Positions 14,926 through 26,640 of a stretch of 64,000 nt of DNA are shown here, one piece after another. Every line of letters begins with the position of its first letter. Position 1 is the stretch's first letter. The DNA comes from the human T2T-CHM13v2.0 reference genome, Homo sapiens. A program made the position numbers and the translations under genes. The notes beneath the pieces are model-generated. The model was given only the letters and a program-made list of their open reading frames with translations. It was not told where the DNA came from and ran no database searches. The stretch lies in the NCBI RefSeq assembly GCF_009914755.1, contig NC_060930.1; one strand, written 5' to 3'.

Positions 14926-17119
14926 TATTGGGGGAACCCGCCCCCAATATTTCAACGTAGGTTCTATTTTCCATAAGTGTCGGCCAGCTGAGAAATAAAG
15001 AGAGACAGTATAAAGAGAAGAATTTTACAGCTGGGCCGCCGGAGGTGACATCACATATTGGTAGGACTGTGATGCCTGCCTGAGCCTCAAACCAGCAAGT
15101 TTTTATTAAGGGTTTCAAAAGGGAAGGGGGTGTAAGAACAGGTAGTAGGTACAAAGATCACATGCTTCAAAGGGCAAAAAGCAGAACTACTGATAAGGGT
15201 CTAACAAAGATCACATGCTTCTGAGGGAACAGGACAAAGGGCAAAAGCAGAACTACTGATAAGTATCGGGGGAACCCACCCCCAATATTTCAACGTAGGT
15301 TCTTTCTATTTTCCCTAAGTGTCAGCCGGTCTGAGAAATAAAGAGAAAGAGTACAAAGAGAGGAATTTTACAGCTGGGCTGCCGGAGATGACATCACATA
15401 TTGGTAGGTCCATGATGCCCCCTGAGCCTCAAAACCAACAAGTTTTTATTAGGGATTTCAAAAGGGGAGGGAGTGTATGAACAGGGAAAAGATTACATGC
15501 TTTAAGGGGCAAAAAAGCAGAGCAAAGATCACATGCTTCTGAGGAAACAGGACAAGGCAAAATCAGAAACTCCTGATAAGGGTCTGTGTTCAGCAGTGCA
15601 CGTATTATCTTGATAAACATCTTAACAGAAAACAGGGTTCGAGAGCAGAGAACCAGTCTGACCTGAAATTTACCAGGGCTGGTGTTTCCCAATCCTAGTA
15701 AGCCTGAGGGTACTGCAGGAGACCAGAGTGTATCTCAGTCCTTTTCTCAACCGCATAGGACAGACACTCCCAGAGCGGCCGTTTATAGACCTCCCCCTAG
15801 GAATGCATTTCTTTTCCTAGGGTCTTAATATTTAATATTACTTGCTAGGAAAAGAATTTAGTGGTATCTCTCCTACTTGGCACGTCCATTTATAGGCTCT
15901 CTGCAAGAAGAAAAATATGGCTGTATTCTGCCTGACCCCGCAGGCAGTCAGACCTTATGGTTGTCTTGCATTGTTCCCTAAAATCGCTGTTATTCTGTTC
16001 TTTTTTAAGGTGCACTGATTTCATATTGTTCAAACACACATGTTTTACAATCAGTTTGTACAGTTAACGCAATCATCACAGGGTCCCGAGGTGATGTACA
16101 TCCTCAGCTTACGAAGATAACGGGATTAAAAGATTAAAGTAAGACAGGCATAAGAAATTATGAGAGTATTATTAGGGAAGTGATAAATGTCCATGAAATC
16201 TTCACAGTTTATGTTCAGAGATTGCAGTAAAGACAGGCTTAAGAAATTATAAAAGTATTAATTTTAGGAACTGATATATGTCCACGAAATCTTCATAATT
16301 TATGTTCCTCTGCCACGGCTCCAGCTGGTCCCTCTGTTCGGGGTGCCTGACTTCCCACAACAGATAAGGGTCCAACAAAGATCACAAGGCAAAGGGCAAA
16401 AGCAGAACTACTGATAAGGTTCTATGTTTAGCGGTGCACGTATTATCTTGATAAACATCTTAAACAACAGAAAACAGGGTTTGAGAGCAGAGAACTGGTC
16501 TGACCACAAATTTACCAGGGCGGAGTTTTTTCCCACTCTAGTAAGCCTGAGGGTACTGTAGGAGACCAGGGCGTATCTCAGTCCTTATCTCAACCGCATA
16601 AGACAGACATTCCCAGAGCGGCCGTTTATAGACCTCCCCCTAGGAATGCAATTCTTTTCCTAGGGTCTTAATATGTAATATTCCTTGCTAGGAAAATAAT
16701 TTAGCGATACCTCTCCTATTTGCACATCCATTTATAGGCTCTCTGCAAGAAGAAAAATATGGCTGTATTCTGCCTGACCCCGCAGGCAGTCAGACCTTAT
16801 GGTTGTCTTCCCTTGTTCCCTAAAAATCGCTGTTATTCTGTTCTTTTTCAAGGTGCACTGATTTCATATTGTTCAAACACACATGTTTTACAATCAATTT
16901 GTACAGTTAACACAGTTATCACAGTGGTCCTGAGGTGACGTACATCCTCAGCTTACAAAGATAACAGGATTAAGAGATTAAAGACAGGCATAAAAAATTA
17001 TAAAAGTATTATTTGGGAACTGATAAATGTCCATATTAAAATGAAATCTTCACAATTTATGTTCCTCTGCCGCAGCTCCAGCTGGTCCCTCCGTTTGGGG
17101 TCCCTGACTTCCCGCAACA
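14926..17119 (-). mobile_element. 3' LTR (MER11), split into 14926-15263 and 16369-17119 by a nested LTR
   Basis: MER11 termini; colinear with the 5' LTR remnant across the insertion point. Confidence 0.92.
15264..16362 (-). mobile_element. Nested MER11 solo LTR (different variant) with 6-bp TSD
   Basis: Complete 1099-bp LTR (TGTTGTGGGAAG...CCCCCGATA on -) flanked by GATAAG at 15258-15263 and 16363-16368. Confidence 0.92.
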
Positions 17120-18480
17120 TCTCTCCCTTTCTTTTTATATAAATGTGCCATGGCGATGAAGGCTTGTTCGTTCTCCCAGTTTTGACACAGGATTCTTTGA
17201 CTGGTCTGGCACATGGTATCCAGATTCCTTCTTGATCTTGAACCAACATTATACTTTTCCTGGAGTCAAAACGGGAGTTAACACAAGTGTATAAATGACA
17301 ATTAATGCATTGGACAGTTTGATTGTTCGTCCAAATTTTGATATTTTCCACTAACAGCATGTAAGGAGGCTTAACACAACTCTGTATAGGAGTAGTCAGG
17401 TTGGCGGTAAACAAAGCAGAATGTTTGAGTCTACGTTGATACTGAGGGAGAGGAGCGGCAGTGGCAATGCCCAATGTTCTGCGCCACAAAGAAGCAATCC
17501 TAGGTGCCCGGGGATGCCGAACAGGTAGAGGAGCATACCTGGGTCAAGAAGAATTATCATAATGCCAATTGGAGTCCCATAAAGGAGGATCAGCATCAAA
17601 AAGAGGGAAAAGGTTCAAAGGGGATTTATCATGGAGTTCAGAATCACGGATGCAAGGGGCGGTAGTGGGGACAACAGACAGAAACGTTTCCCCTTCCCAT
17701 ACTTGCAGTCTGGACATGGCAATAGCCAATTTCCAAAGTTCTGGGTGTTCTGGGCTCGGAATGGGGAGTATCCATACTAGGCCTCGGTCGGGGTGGGGGG
17801 TAATGCCCTTATCTTCCTGTTTTAAGGAAAAGGACGAGCTGAACCTCCTATGCCAAGTAGGATGATGATCCTCGTCATCCCAATAAGAAATATAAAATAA
17901 GTAGCCTCCAGGCATTCCCTTCTGCCAGAGGAGCAATCGTTTTTTAAATAGCCCTTTGGTGCCCAGTCTATTACTAAACCATATGAGTCATTTTTTTTAA
18001 TACTACTGCATGTGAATTAACACAATCTTCCCAAATTAAAGTTTTAGATGGGCCCTCAAAATTTTTAGGACATGGTTTTCCTACAGGTTTATATTGAAGG
18101 TATGGGGTATCTCCTATTACTCCCCCTTTCATTTGTCTTAAAGGAGAAAGGGAGAGGCCGGAGACCAAATGTCCCCATTCCCTTGTGGCTGATCTCTCCA
18201 GAAGGTAAGCAGCCCAGACTTGAGTTTCTAGATGGATACAACCAGGTGCATGTCCAAAGCCCAGAGGAGGGCATTTATAACCCATAGTAACATTAAATGC
18301 AGTGCTTTCTTTTCCTGGTTGAGCAGGGCAATGTTCATCTGTAGCTCCAGGCAGCCACACACGATATCGTTAGCATAGATTTCCACAGGAGCATCCATCC
18401 AGGTGAGAGATTGAATAAGTGGGGGAAAAAGCACATAAGCCTAATAAGAATAATTTTGTGTAGCAGGTAAATCAGTTTGA
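17120..18480 (-). pseudogene. env: ERV env remnant (SU fragments fused to the TM C-terminal tail)
   Basis: Frameshifted HML-like SU peptides ([21 protein letters not shown]; WLPGATD; CINCHLYTCVNS...EGIWIP) followed by a tail-like EQAFIAMAHLYKKKG next to the PPT. Confidence 0.85.
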
Positions 18481-18705
18481 GGGGAAACTGGTAAGACAAA
18501 GTGTAAGGGGGAGAATTATTAAATAAAACCTATTATAAGCGAGATCCAGTGCTAAAGGAGGAAGAGAAGAACAGGGGGATGTTATTTTCAGGCTAATAGA
18601 AATGGTGAGATTTTTAGGTTCTTAAGGAGAAAAAGGGAATTAGGAGAAGTGGGATTAGTTAGAGGGGTCTCTGTTGCCATTAGGGAGGATTGAACCACAC
18701 CCATT

Positions 18706-21312
18706 TTAATTTGGCGTGCCAGTTTCTGAGGAGTCGGCACAGATCTCACCAGGTATGAAGGCGGTCTCTGACGCAGACGTCTCTTCCCTATGGTTTTTAT
18801 TGTCAGTATTCACACGAAGTTTAAGTCTCCTAGTGGGCACCCAGACAGGGGATTGATGATCTCCTGGTGAAACACAAGCATACCCTCTTCCCCACGTTGT
18901 AATTGTTCCAGCTTCCCAGGTATTGGTCTGGGAGTTTTTCCCTAACACTGGCTTGCCTTCATTTAGGGAGAATTTTTTGCCTGTTCAGCTGCAGTCAGAG
19001 TATGTCTTTAGGAACATTTAGAAAGTTTAAAGTAAACAATGCTAAATGTAACTGGGAGTGGGGAGTGGTTAAATTATGCTTTTGTTGCTCAGACTGTTTG
19101 GACAATTGAGTTTTTAAAGTGCAATTGGCCTGTTCCGCCACAGCTTGTCCCTGAGGATTGTAAGTTACTCTGGTAATACGGGAAATTCCCCATTGTTGCA
19201 TAAATAAATCAAAAGCCTTACTAACATATCCAGGGGCATTGTCTGTCTTTATTTGATATGGAAGCCCCATAACTGCAAAGCAAGAATACAGATGTCTTTT
19301 AATATTGGCTGTGCCTTCCCGTTTGGCAAGTAGCCCAAATAAAACCTGAAAAGGTGTCTACAGAAACATGTACATGTGAAATTCTGCCAAAGGAGCTAAC
19401 ATGAGTCACATCCATTTGCCATAAATCATTAAGAGTTAGGTCTCTGGGATTAATGCCAGGTTCCTGATTTGGAAGTACAAAAACTTGGCACTGAGGGCAG
19501 TGGTGGACAATAAGCTTAGCCTCCTTCCAGGTGAGAGCAAATTTATCTTTTAATCCAGCAGCATTGACATGAGTGAGATTATGGAACTCCTGAGCTTCTC
19601 GGATTGCAATAGAGACCAGTCGACCTTATCGTTACCAGCAGACATGGGTCCCGGTAGAGTGGTATGAGATCTAATATGTGTAATATAGAAAGGGTGTCTA
19701 CGTTGGCGAACCGCCTGTTGTAACCTTGAAAATAAAGAAGCCAATTCAGAATTACCAATATGTTTGATAGTAGCGGTTTCTATATTTTTAGTGGCATGTA
19801 CAACATAAGCAGAATCAGAGACAATATTTAAAGGTTTGGGGAAATCCTGTAAGGCAATAATTACAGCAATTAACTCTACCTTTTGAGCAGAGGTATAAGG
19901 GTTAGAAATAAGCTTGTCTGTAGGACCCACATAACCAGCATTTCCGTTACTGGAGCCATCAGTGAACACTGTAATGGCCTCAGGAATGGGCTGATCTTTG
20001 GTCAATCGAGTGACCACCCAAGAAGTCATTTTTATAAAATCAAACAGTTTTTTTTTTTTGGATAATGATTGTCAACAACACTGATAAAATCAGCCAAGTG
20101 AATTTGCCACAGTATGGAATGTTGAAAAGTGGCCTGAACTTCGAGTTGATTTAAAGGAACCACAATTAAATTCGGATCAAATCTGGAAAATTTAAGTATT
20201 CTACACCGAGCTTGTCCAATTAGGGTGGCCATTTGGTCCAGATAAACAGACAAAGTTTTTGACACAGAATGAGGAAGAAAACACCACTCCGCTAAGTCAT
20301 TATGTTGAACTATTAGCCCAGTAGGGGAGTGCAATGAAGCGAAAACCAGAAGCTGAAAAGGCTGAGACGGCTGTACCCTAGACAACTGGGCAGTTTGGAT
20401 TCTTTCCTCCATGAATTCCAGTTCTAGTGAAGCCTCAGGGGTGAAAGTCCTGGGACTGCAGAGATTGGAATCTCCACACAGCATAGAAAACAAGTTAGAT
20501 GGCGCGTATGTTGAAATGCCTAAAGTAGGTCTTAAATAATTAATGTTATCTAAAAGTTTTTGGAATCATTTAAGGTTTTCAAAGAATCTCTCCTAATCTG
20601 AACCTTTTGAGGTTGAATATATTCTTTATTGAACACCATTCCTAAATATTGAACAGGAGTGGTCTGTTGAATTTTATCCTGAGCGATGTGTAATCCAGCC
20701 TCTTTAACACAATGGCTCAAAAATTGTTAACAGTCAATTCTTTATCAGTGGGGGCAGCGATTAATATATCATCAATATAATGAAGAATATAGGCCTGGGG
20801 AAATTGAGCTCAAACTAGTGAAAGCACCTGTCCAACATAAAGCTGGCAGATGGTAGGGCTATTCAGCACTCCCTGAGGAAGTACTTTCCATTGATAACGA
20901 GCTGCAGGCTCCTGATTATTGATAGATGGTACAGTAAAAGCAAATTTTTCACAATTCGATTTATGTAAAGCAATATGAAAGAAATAGTCTTTAAGATCAG
21001 TAACTATGAGAGGCCAATTCTTAGGTATTAAAGCAGGGGCAGGCATGCTGGGTTGGACAGCTCCCATAGGTTTAATTACAGCATTAATGGCCCTTAAATC
21101 AGTTACCATCCTCCACTTGCCTGATTTCTTTTTTACTAGAAACACAGGAGACTTCCAGGGGGAGAGAGAAGGTTCCACATTTCCAAGTTGTAACTGTTTA
21201 GCAACCAATTGAGTTAAAGCCTCCAGTTTTTCTTGAGAGAGCGGCCGCTGCTCAATCCAAACAGGTGTTTCAGATTTTCATTGTAGGGAGGCATAGCAGT
21301 GGCTGTCATTGA
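18706..21312 (-). pseudogene. pol: ERV pol remnant (RT, RNase H, integrase) with stops and frameshifts
   Basis: RT: [28 protein letters not shown] (~20765-20780). RNase H: VFTDGSSNG, VSDSAY. IN: WQMDVTH, IKTDNAPGY, NPQGQAVAE, WGRGYACV. Confidence 0.95.
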
Positions 21313-21898
21313 AAAGGATGACCTAAACCAGCCCTCTTCTACAGTAACTTGAAGAGGTTTAGTAATTCCTTCATGTCTTGGACTGAGACCGAGTCCGGGA
21401 ACAAACCCCATGTTTTCCATTATATTTTGACTGGGAGCACTGTAAGAGTTATGTGGAATATTAATTTCAGCCCCCCACTGTGTCAGCAAATCTCTACCCC
21501 AAATATTAGTGGAGATTGGCATGATATAAGGCTGAATTTTACCCTTTTGACCCTCAGGGCCAGTGCAAGGCAAGATAAATGTGCTCTGGTGAACTTCATC
21601 AGCTTTTCCAATCCCTGCTAGTTATATGTTAGTGGGATGTTTACGCCAGGAGGAAGGCCATAAATTAGAGGAAATAATAGAAACATCAGACCCAGTATCT
21701 AGTAGGCCCTTAAACTTTTTTCCTTGAATGTGTATGGTGCAGGTGGGCTGTTGTTCAGAAATTACATTAATCCAATAAGTGGCTTTTTCACTGTCAGAGC
21801 CCATCCTAGGACCCCGTGTCTTATCTCCTTTGTTTAAAACAATATTAGGTAGTAAAAGTAATTGAGCAATTGACTCACCAGCCAGAGTGGAAACAGGA
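21270..21898 (-). pseudogene. pro: ERV pro remnant: dUTPase C-terminus, aspartic protease, G-patch
   Basis: IAQLLLLP...RGPRMGS (dUTPase motifs 4/5-like), GLLDTGSDVSII active site, NIWGRDLL, G-patch-like SQNIMENMGFVPGLGL. Confidence 0.9.
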
Positions 21899-22272
21899 AT
21901 TTCAATGTAGGTTCTATTTTCCGTAAGTGTTGGCCGGCTGAGAAATAAAGGCAGCAGTATAAAGAGAGGAATTTTACAGCTGGGCCTCTGGGCATGACAT
22001 CACATGTCGGTAGGACCGTGATGCCCGCCTGAGCCTCAAACCAGCAAGTTTTTATTAAGGATTTCAAAAGGGGAGGGGTTGTAAGAACAGGGAGTAGGTA
22101 CAAAGATCACATGCTTCAAAGGGTAAAAAGCATAACTACTAATAAGGGTCTAATAAAGATCACATGCTTCTCAGGGAACACGACAAAGGGCAAAAGCAGA
22201 ACTACTGATAAGGGTCCAACAAAGATCACAAGGCAAAGGGCAAAAGCAGAACTACTGGTAAGGGTCTCTGTT
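21899..22272 (-). mobile_element. 5' LTR remnant (MER11), truncated at both ends
   Basis: Aligns to 14949-15263 plus 16369-16430; lacks the last ~20 nt of U5 and about two thirds of the LTR 5' part. Confidence 0.9.
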
Positions 22273-23327
22273 GTTTTCAGTTTGGAGCTGATGTAAACCC
22301 TGCTGCTGTGAATACTTTGTATGTGAATACCTTATATCTACCTCCCCTTGAGCACTCACAGACAATGTGTTCTGGTGCACACACTCAGGAGTGGGAATGC
22401 TATTTGCAGGGTATTCACGTCTTCAGTAATACTAGTAATACCAAACTATTTTCCAGAGTGGTTGCATTCTTACAACTTGTAATGAATATGTTTCTGTTAA
22501 AATTGTGTAAGTGGAAAATATCTTCCCTAATTTATCTCCAGTCTCTAACGTTAATTCAAACGGTTTAGAAAACAAAACAAACCAAAAATGCTTTTTTACC
22601 TCTCCACTCCCAATGGTAAATTTTATCTGTGTTGGTGGAAAATAGGAATCAGATAACACAAAACAAATTGTAGTGAAAATAAGTTAGAAAGTAGAATATC
22701 TAATTGGGGACAAGAGAGGGAGAGAACACAGCACAGGGGCCTTGTGTATAATATTAATAATATTAATAGCTGTTTAATGAAGATTTATTGGTTGATTAAT
22801 CTATGGGTATCTAACATACCTGATACACCATCCTGTCCCTAGGTTGAACTTTCCAAGCAAGTTCTGGGGCTCCTTCTTTGCCATTAGAACTGGATCGTAT
22901 GGAAGCTAGAGTGGGAAGCATCTTATGTGTTTCATTACTGGCATCTAGAACCCTAGCAGGTCATTAATTCAATTAGACACATGTATTCTTTGGTTTGAGA
23001 TTCTAATATCCTAAAAGCAGGTATGGGTTTTGTACTGATATACAGGAATGTTCTGAAAATAAGCTGTAATTATTAGAAACAGGTTTGTTTCTAATAATGT
23101 CTGTGGAGGTCAGCATTATTTATTCTTAATGAAAACACCCAGGATTGCCCTTGGGCCTGTGTTAACAGTGTTCAGGGTAAAAAACATCATAATGACAAGC
23201 AGAGTAATATTTACTTTCAATCTGTTATTGAAAGACTTTATATGAATAGTTGCTTTTTAACCAACTTATCTCATTTTTTAAATTGAGGGGAAATATATAT
23301 ACCATTAAATTTACCAATTTTACCTTA

Positions 23328-23622
23328 TTTTTTTTTTTTGAGATGGGGTCTCACTCTGTCACCCAGGCTGAAGTACAGTGGTGTGATCATGGCCCGCTGT
23401 AGCCTTGAGTTCCCGGGCTCAAGCAATCCTCCCACCTCAGCCTTCCAAGTAGCTGGGACTACAGGTGTGCATCTCCATGTCTGGCTGATTTTTTTATTTT
23501 TTGTAACGACGGGGTCTTGCTATATTGTCCATGCTGGTCTGAAACTCCTAGGTTCAAGCCATCCTCCTGCCTCAGCCTCCCAATGTGTTGGGATTATGGG
23601 TGTGAGCCACTGTGCCCAGCCC
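23328..23622 (-). mobile_element. AluJ inside an L1M 3' end
   Basis: Antisense Alu; flanks (23270-23327, 23623-24450) resemble an antisense L1MB 3' UTR. Confidence 0.9.
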
Positions 23623-23971
23623 ATTTTTACCATTTTTAAAGTGTACAGTTCAGTGGTATTAAAGTACATTCACATTATTTTGCAACCATTTGCCTTCAGA
23701 ACTCTTTTCATCTTACAAAACTAAAACTCTATACCCATTAAACACTAACTCTTTATTTCCCCTCCCCTCAGCCCCTGGCACTCACCCTTCTACTTACTGT
23801 TTCTATGAATCCTACTACTATCTACTCTTGGTCCCTTATATCACTGGAGTCATAAGGTATTGGTCTTTTTGTGACTGGCTTATTTCACCTAGCATAATGT
23901 CCTCAGAGTTCATCCGTTTGGTAGCATGTACCAGAATTACTCTCCCTTTTAAGGCTGAATGATATTTCATT

Positions 23972-23973
<2 letters not shown>

Positions 23974-24009
<36 letters not shown>
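23974..24009. repeat. (TG)n microsatellite
   Basis: About 18 TG units with one interruption. Confidence 0.95.
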
Positions 24010-24011
<2 letters not shown>

Positions 24012-24063
24012 ATATACCACATTTTGTTTACCCGTTCATCCATCAGTGGACATTTGGGTTGTT

Positions 24064-24364
24064 GCTGGGTGTGGTGGCTCACACCTGTAATTCCAGCCCT
24101 TTGGGAGGCTGAGGTGGGAAGATTGCCTGAGCCCAGGAGTTTGAGACCAGCCTGGGCAATATAATAAGACCCTGTCTGTACCAAAAATTAAAAAAAAAAA
24201 ATTAGCTAGCCTGGTGGTATGCACCTGTAGTCTCAGCTATTTGGGAGGCTGAGGTGGGAGTATAGCTTGAGCCTAGGAGTTCAAGGCTGCAGTGAGTTGT
24301 GATCACGTCTCTGCACTCCAGCCTGAAAGACAGAGGGAAACCCTGTCTCAAAAAAAAAAAAAAA
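24064..24364 (+). mobile_element. AluJ
   Basis: Sense Alu with A tail. Confidence 0.9.
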
Positions 24365-24916
24365 GTCATTTATATTGGTTTCACCTTTTGGCTACTGTGA
24401 ATCATGCCGCCATGAACATTGGCATACAAATATCTGTTCAAGTTTCTGCTTTCAATCTGATAGTTGCTTTTTAATCATTTTATACCAACCCCCCTTACTA
24501 GTGTTGATTTGACAATATTCTTATCATTTCTTGGAAACTTAATCAGTTTAGTTACCATTCTCGTTTTCTCATCTTTATGAGAAAAGGTAGAAAGAAAGGA
24601 AGTGAAATGCCCAACACCACTCATTTTTGTTAATGGTATTGATAAAATTGGCACCAGCCTTTCAGGAATTCGGATGCTTTGATTGTTCTTTTTTGTTGTT
24701 AGATTTTTGTATCCATTATGCATTTTGAATCATAATAAAGTGGAATTAAAAAAAACTGCCATATTTGTCTAGCATATATGGCGTTTTATGATTTTAAAGA
24801 TATTTTTAAAGTTTGGTTAAAAACCTTAACAGTATATGTGAAATGGAACACTGTGCTTTTACTGTGGAAATTTATCCTATATACCTTAATAAAATAGTTA
24901 TTTAAGATTTACATTT

Positions 24917-25227
24917 GGCTGGGTGCTGTAGCTCATGCCTTTAATCCCAGTACTTTGGGAGGCTGAGGCAGGCAGATCACTTGGGCCCAGGAGTTTTCGA
25001 GACTAACCTGGGCAACATTGGGAAACCCTGTCTCTTCAAAAAGTACAAAAAGTTAGCCGGGCATGGCGGCGTGCGCCTGTAGTCCCAGCTCCTCAAGAGT
25101 CTGAGGTGGAAGGATTGCTTGAGCCTAGTTCGAGGGAGGTTGCAGTGAGCCAAGATTGCGCCACTGCACTGCAGTCTGGGTGAGAGTGAGACTCCTTTTC
25201 AAAATAAAGAAAGAAGGAAAGATAGAT
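24917..25227 (+). mobile_element. Alu (J/S) with TSD
   Basis: TSD agatttacattt at 24905-24916 and 25228-25239. Confidence 0.9.
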
Positions 25228-25379
25228 AGATTTACATTTTAGAGAGTTAGTATATGTCTGTGATTTTTGAACTTTATTGTTTCAGGGCTCCTTTATATTC
25301 ATAAAAATTATTGAAGGTCCAAAGGAACTTTTGTTTTTGTGGTTATCTGTTGATATTTACCATATTAGAAATTAAAACT

Positions 25380-25674
25380 GGCTGGGTGCAGTGGCTGACA
25401 CCTGTAATCCCAGCTACTTCAGGAGGCTGAGCAGGGGTGGATCACTTGAGCCTCAGAGTTCGAGACCAGCCTGGCTAACGTGGCGAAACCCTGTCTCTAC
25501 ACACAATACAAAAGTTAACTGGATGTGGTGGTGTGCACCTGTGGTCCTAGCTACTCAGGAGGCTGAGGTGGGAGGATTTTTTTGAGCCCACGAATTTGAG
25601 GCTGCAGTGAGCTGTGATCACACCACTGTACTCCAGCCTGGGCGACAGAGTGAGGCTGTGTCTCAAAAAAATAA
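25380..25674 (+). mobile_element. AluJ
   Basis: Sense Alu; taaaactg at both flanks. Confidence 0.9.
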
Positions 25675-26122
25675 AATAAAACTGATAAAAAATATTCCCT
25701 AATTTATTAAAAACATAAACCCATTAAATAAGTTATATATTTTTATGAAAACAACTGCTTGTCCTAAAACTAAAACATTTAATAATAAGAGTGTATTGTT
25801 TTATATTTTGGCAGCAATATCTAATGTCTGGCTTACTTAAAGATGGCTAGGTTCTCATATTTGCTTCTACATTTAATCTTGCAATATGTCGTTTTTGTTG
25901 AAGTATATGAAGAAAATTCAGCCTCACACACATATATAATTGGAAAAGAAAGGAGGATTTTAATAGTCTTCAGATAATCATGGATGTTTTTCTTTGATAA
26001 CCACACTAAAATTCAACAAGTGGTAGTTTCTCAAAGGTTAGTTGCAATGTAGAATTTGAATGAAATATATCAGTGAATTTTTCATCCTTGGTTACATTAA
26101 AATTCATCTGTCTTCTTTGCAC

Positions 26123-26388
26123 TTTTTTTGTTTTGTTTTGTTTTTGAGACGGAGTCTCACTGTCACCCAGACTAGAGTGCGGTGGTGTGATGTCGGCTCA
26201 CTGCAACCTCCGCCTCCTGGGTTCAATTGATTGTCCTGCCTCAGCCTCCTGAGTAGCTGGGACTACGGGCACCTGCCACCACACCCAGCTAATTTTTGTA
26301 TTTTTTAGTAGAGATGGGGTTTCACCATGTTGGCCAGCCCGGTCTCGAACTCCTAACCTCTGGTGACCCCCGCCTCGGCCTCCCAAAG
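26123..26388 (-). mobile_element. AluS, slightly 5'-truncated
   Basis: Antisense Alu with (TTTTG)n tail. Confidence 0.9.
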
Positions 26389-26640
26389 TCTTGTACCTTG
26401 AATGGATCTTTTACTCAAGTATAATTTCTATCATCTTTGTTGGTCATTTGGAAAATATTGGTTTACCAAGTATGTGAGTCTTCCAAATATTGATATATAA
26501 TGAAATATGGGATAAAAAATAAAAAAAATCACATTTATTAACATCACCCCCAGTTACATGGGGAGCTCGCAAGCTCATAGTGATGAGTGCTGATTTTCGC
26601 AAACATCTAAATTTAACTTGAAAGCTCAGTTTTTATTTTC

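Larger units (their letters stand above)
14926..22272 (-). mobile_element. Defective betaretrovirus-like ERV provirus (HERV-K11/HML-8 type, MER11 LTRs)
   Basis: On -: partial 5' LTR (22272-21899), pro, pol, env remnants, polypurine tract AAAAAGAAAGGGAGAGA, then 3' LTR starting TGTTGCGGGAAGTCAGGGACCCC at 17119 and ending at 14926. Confidence 0.92.

Noticed and set aside
16998-21804. Possible intact or domesticated retroviral genes (env, RT, IN, PR)
   Set aside because: Every gene is broken by stops or frameshifts (longest piece 163 aa); gag, PBS and most of TM are deleted.
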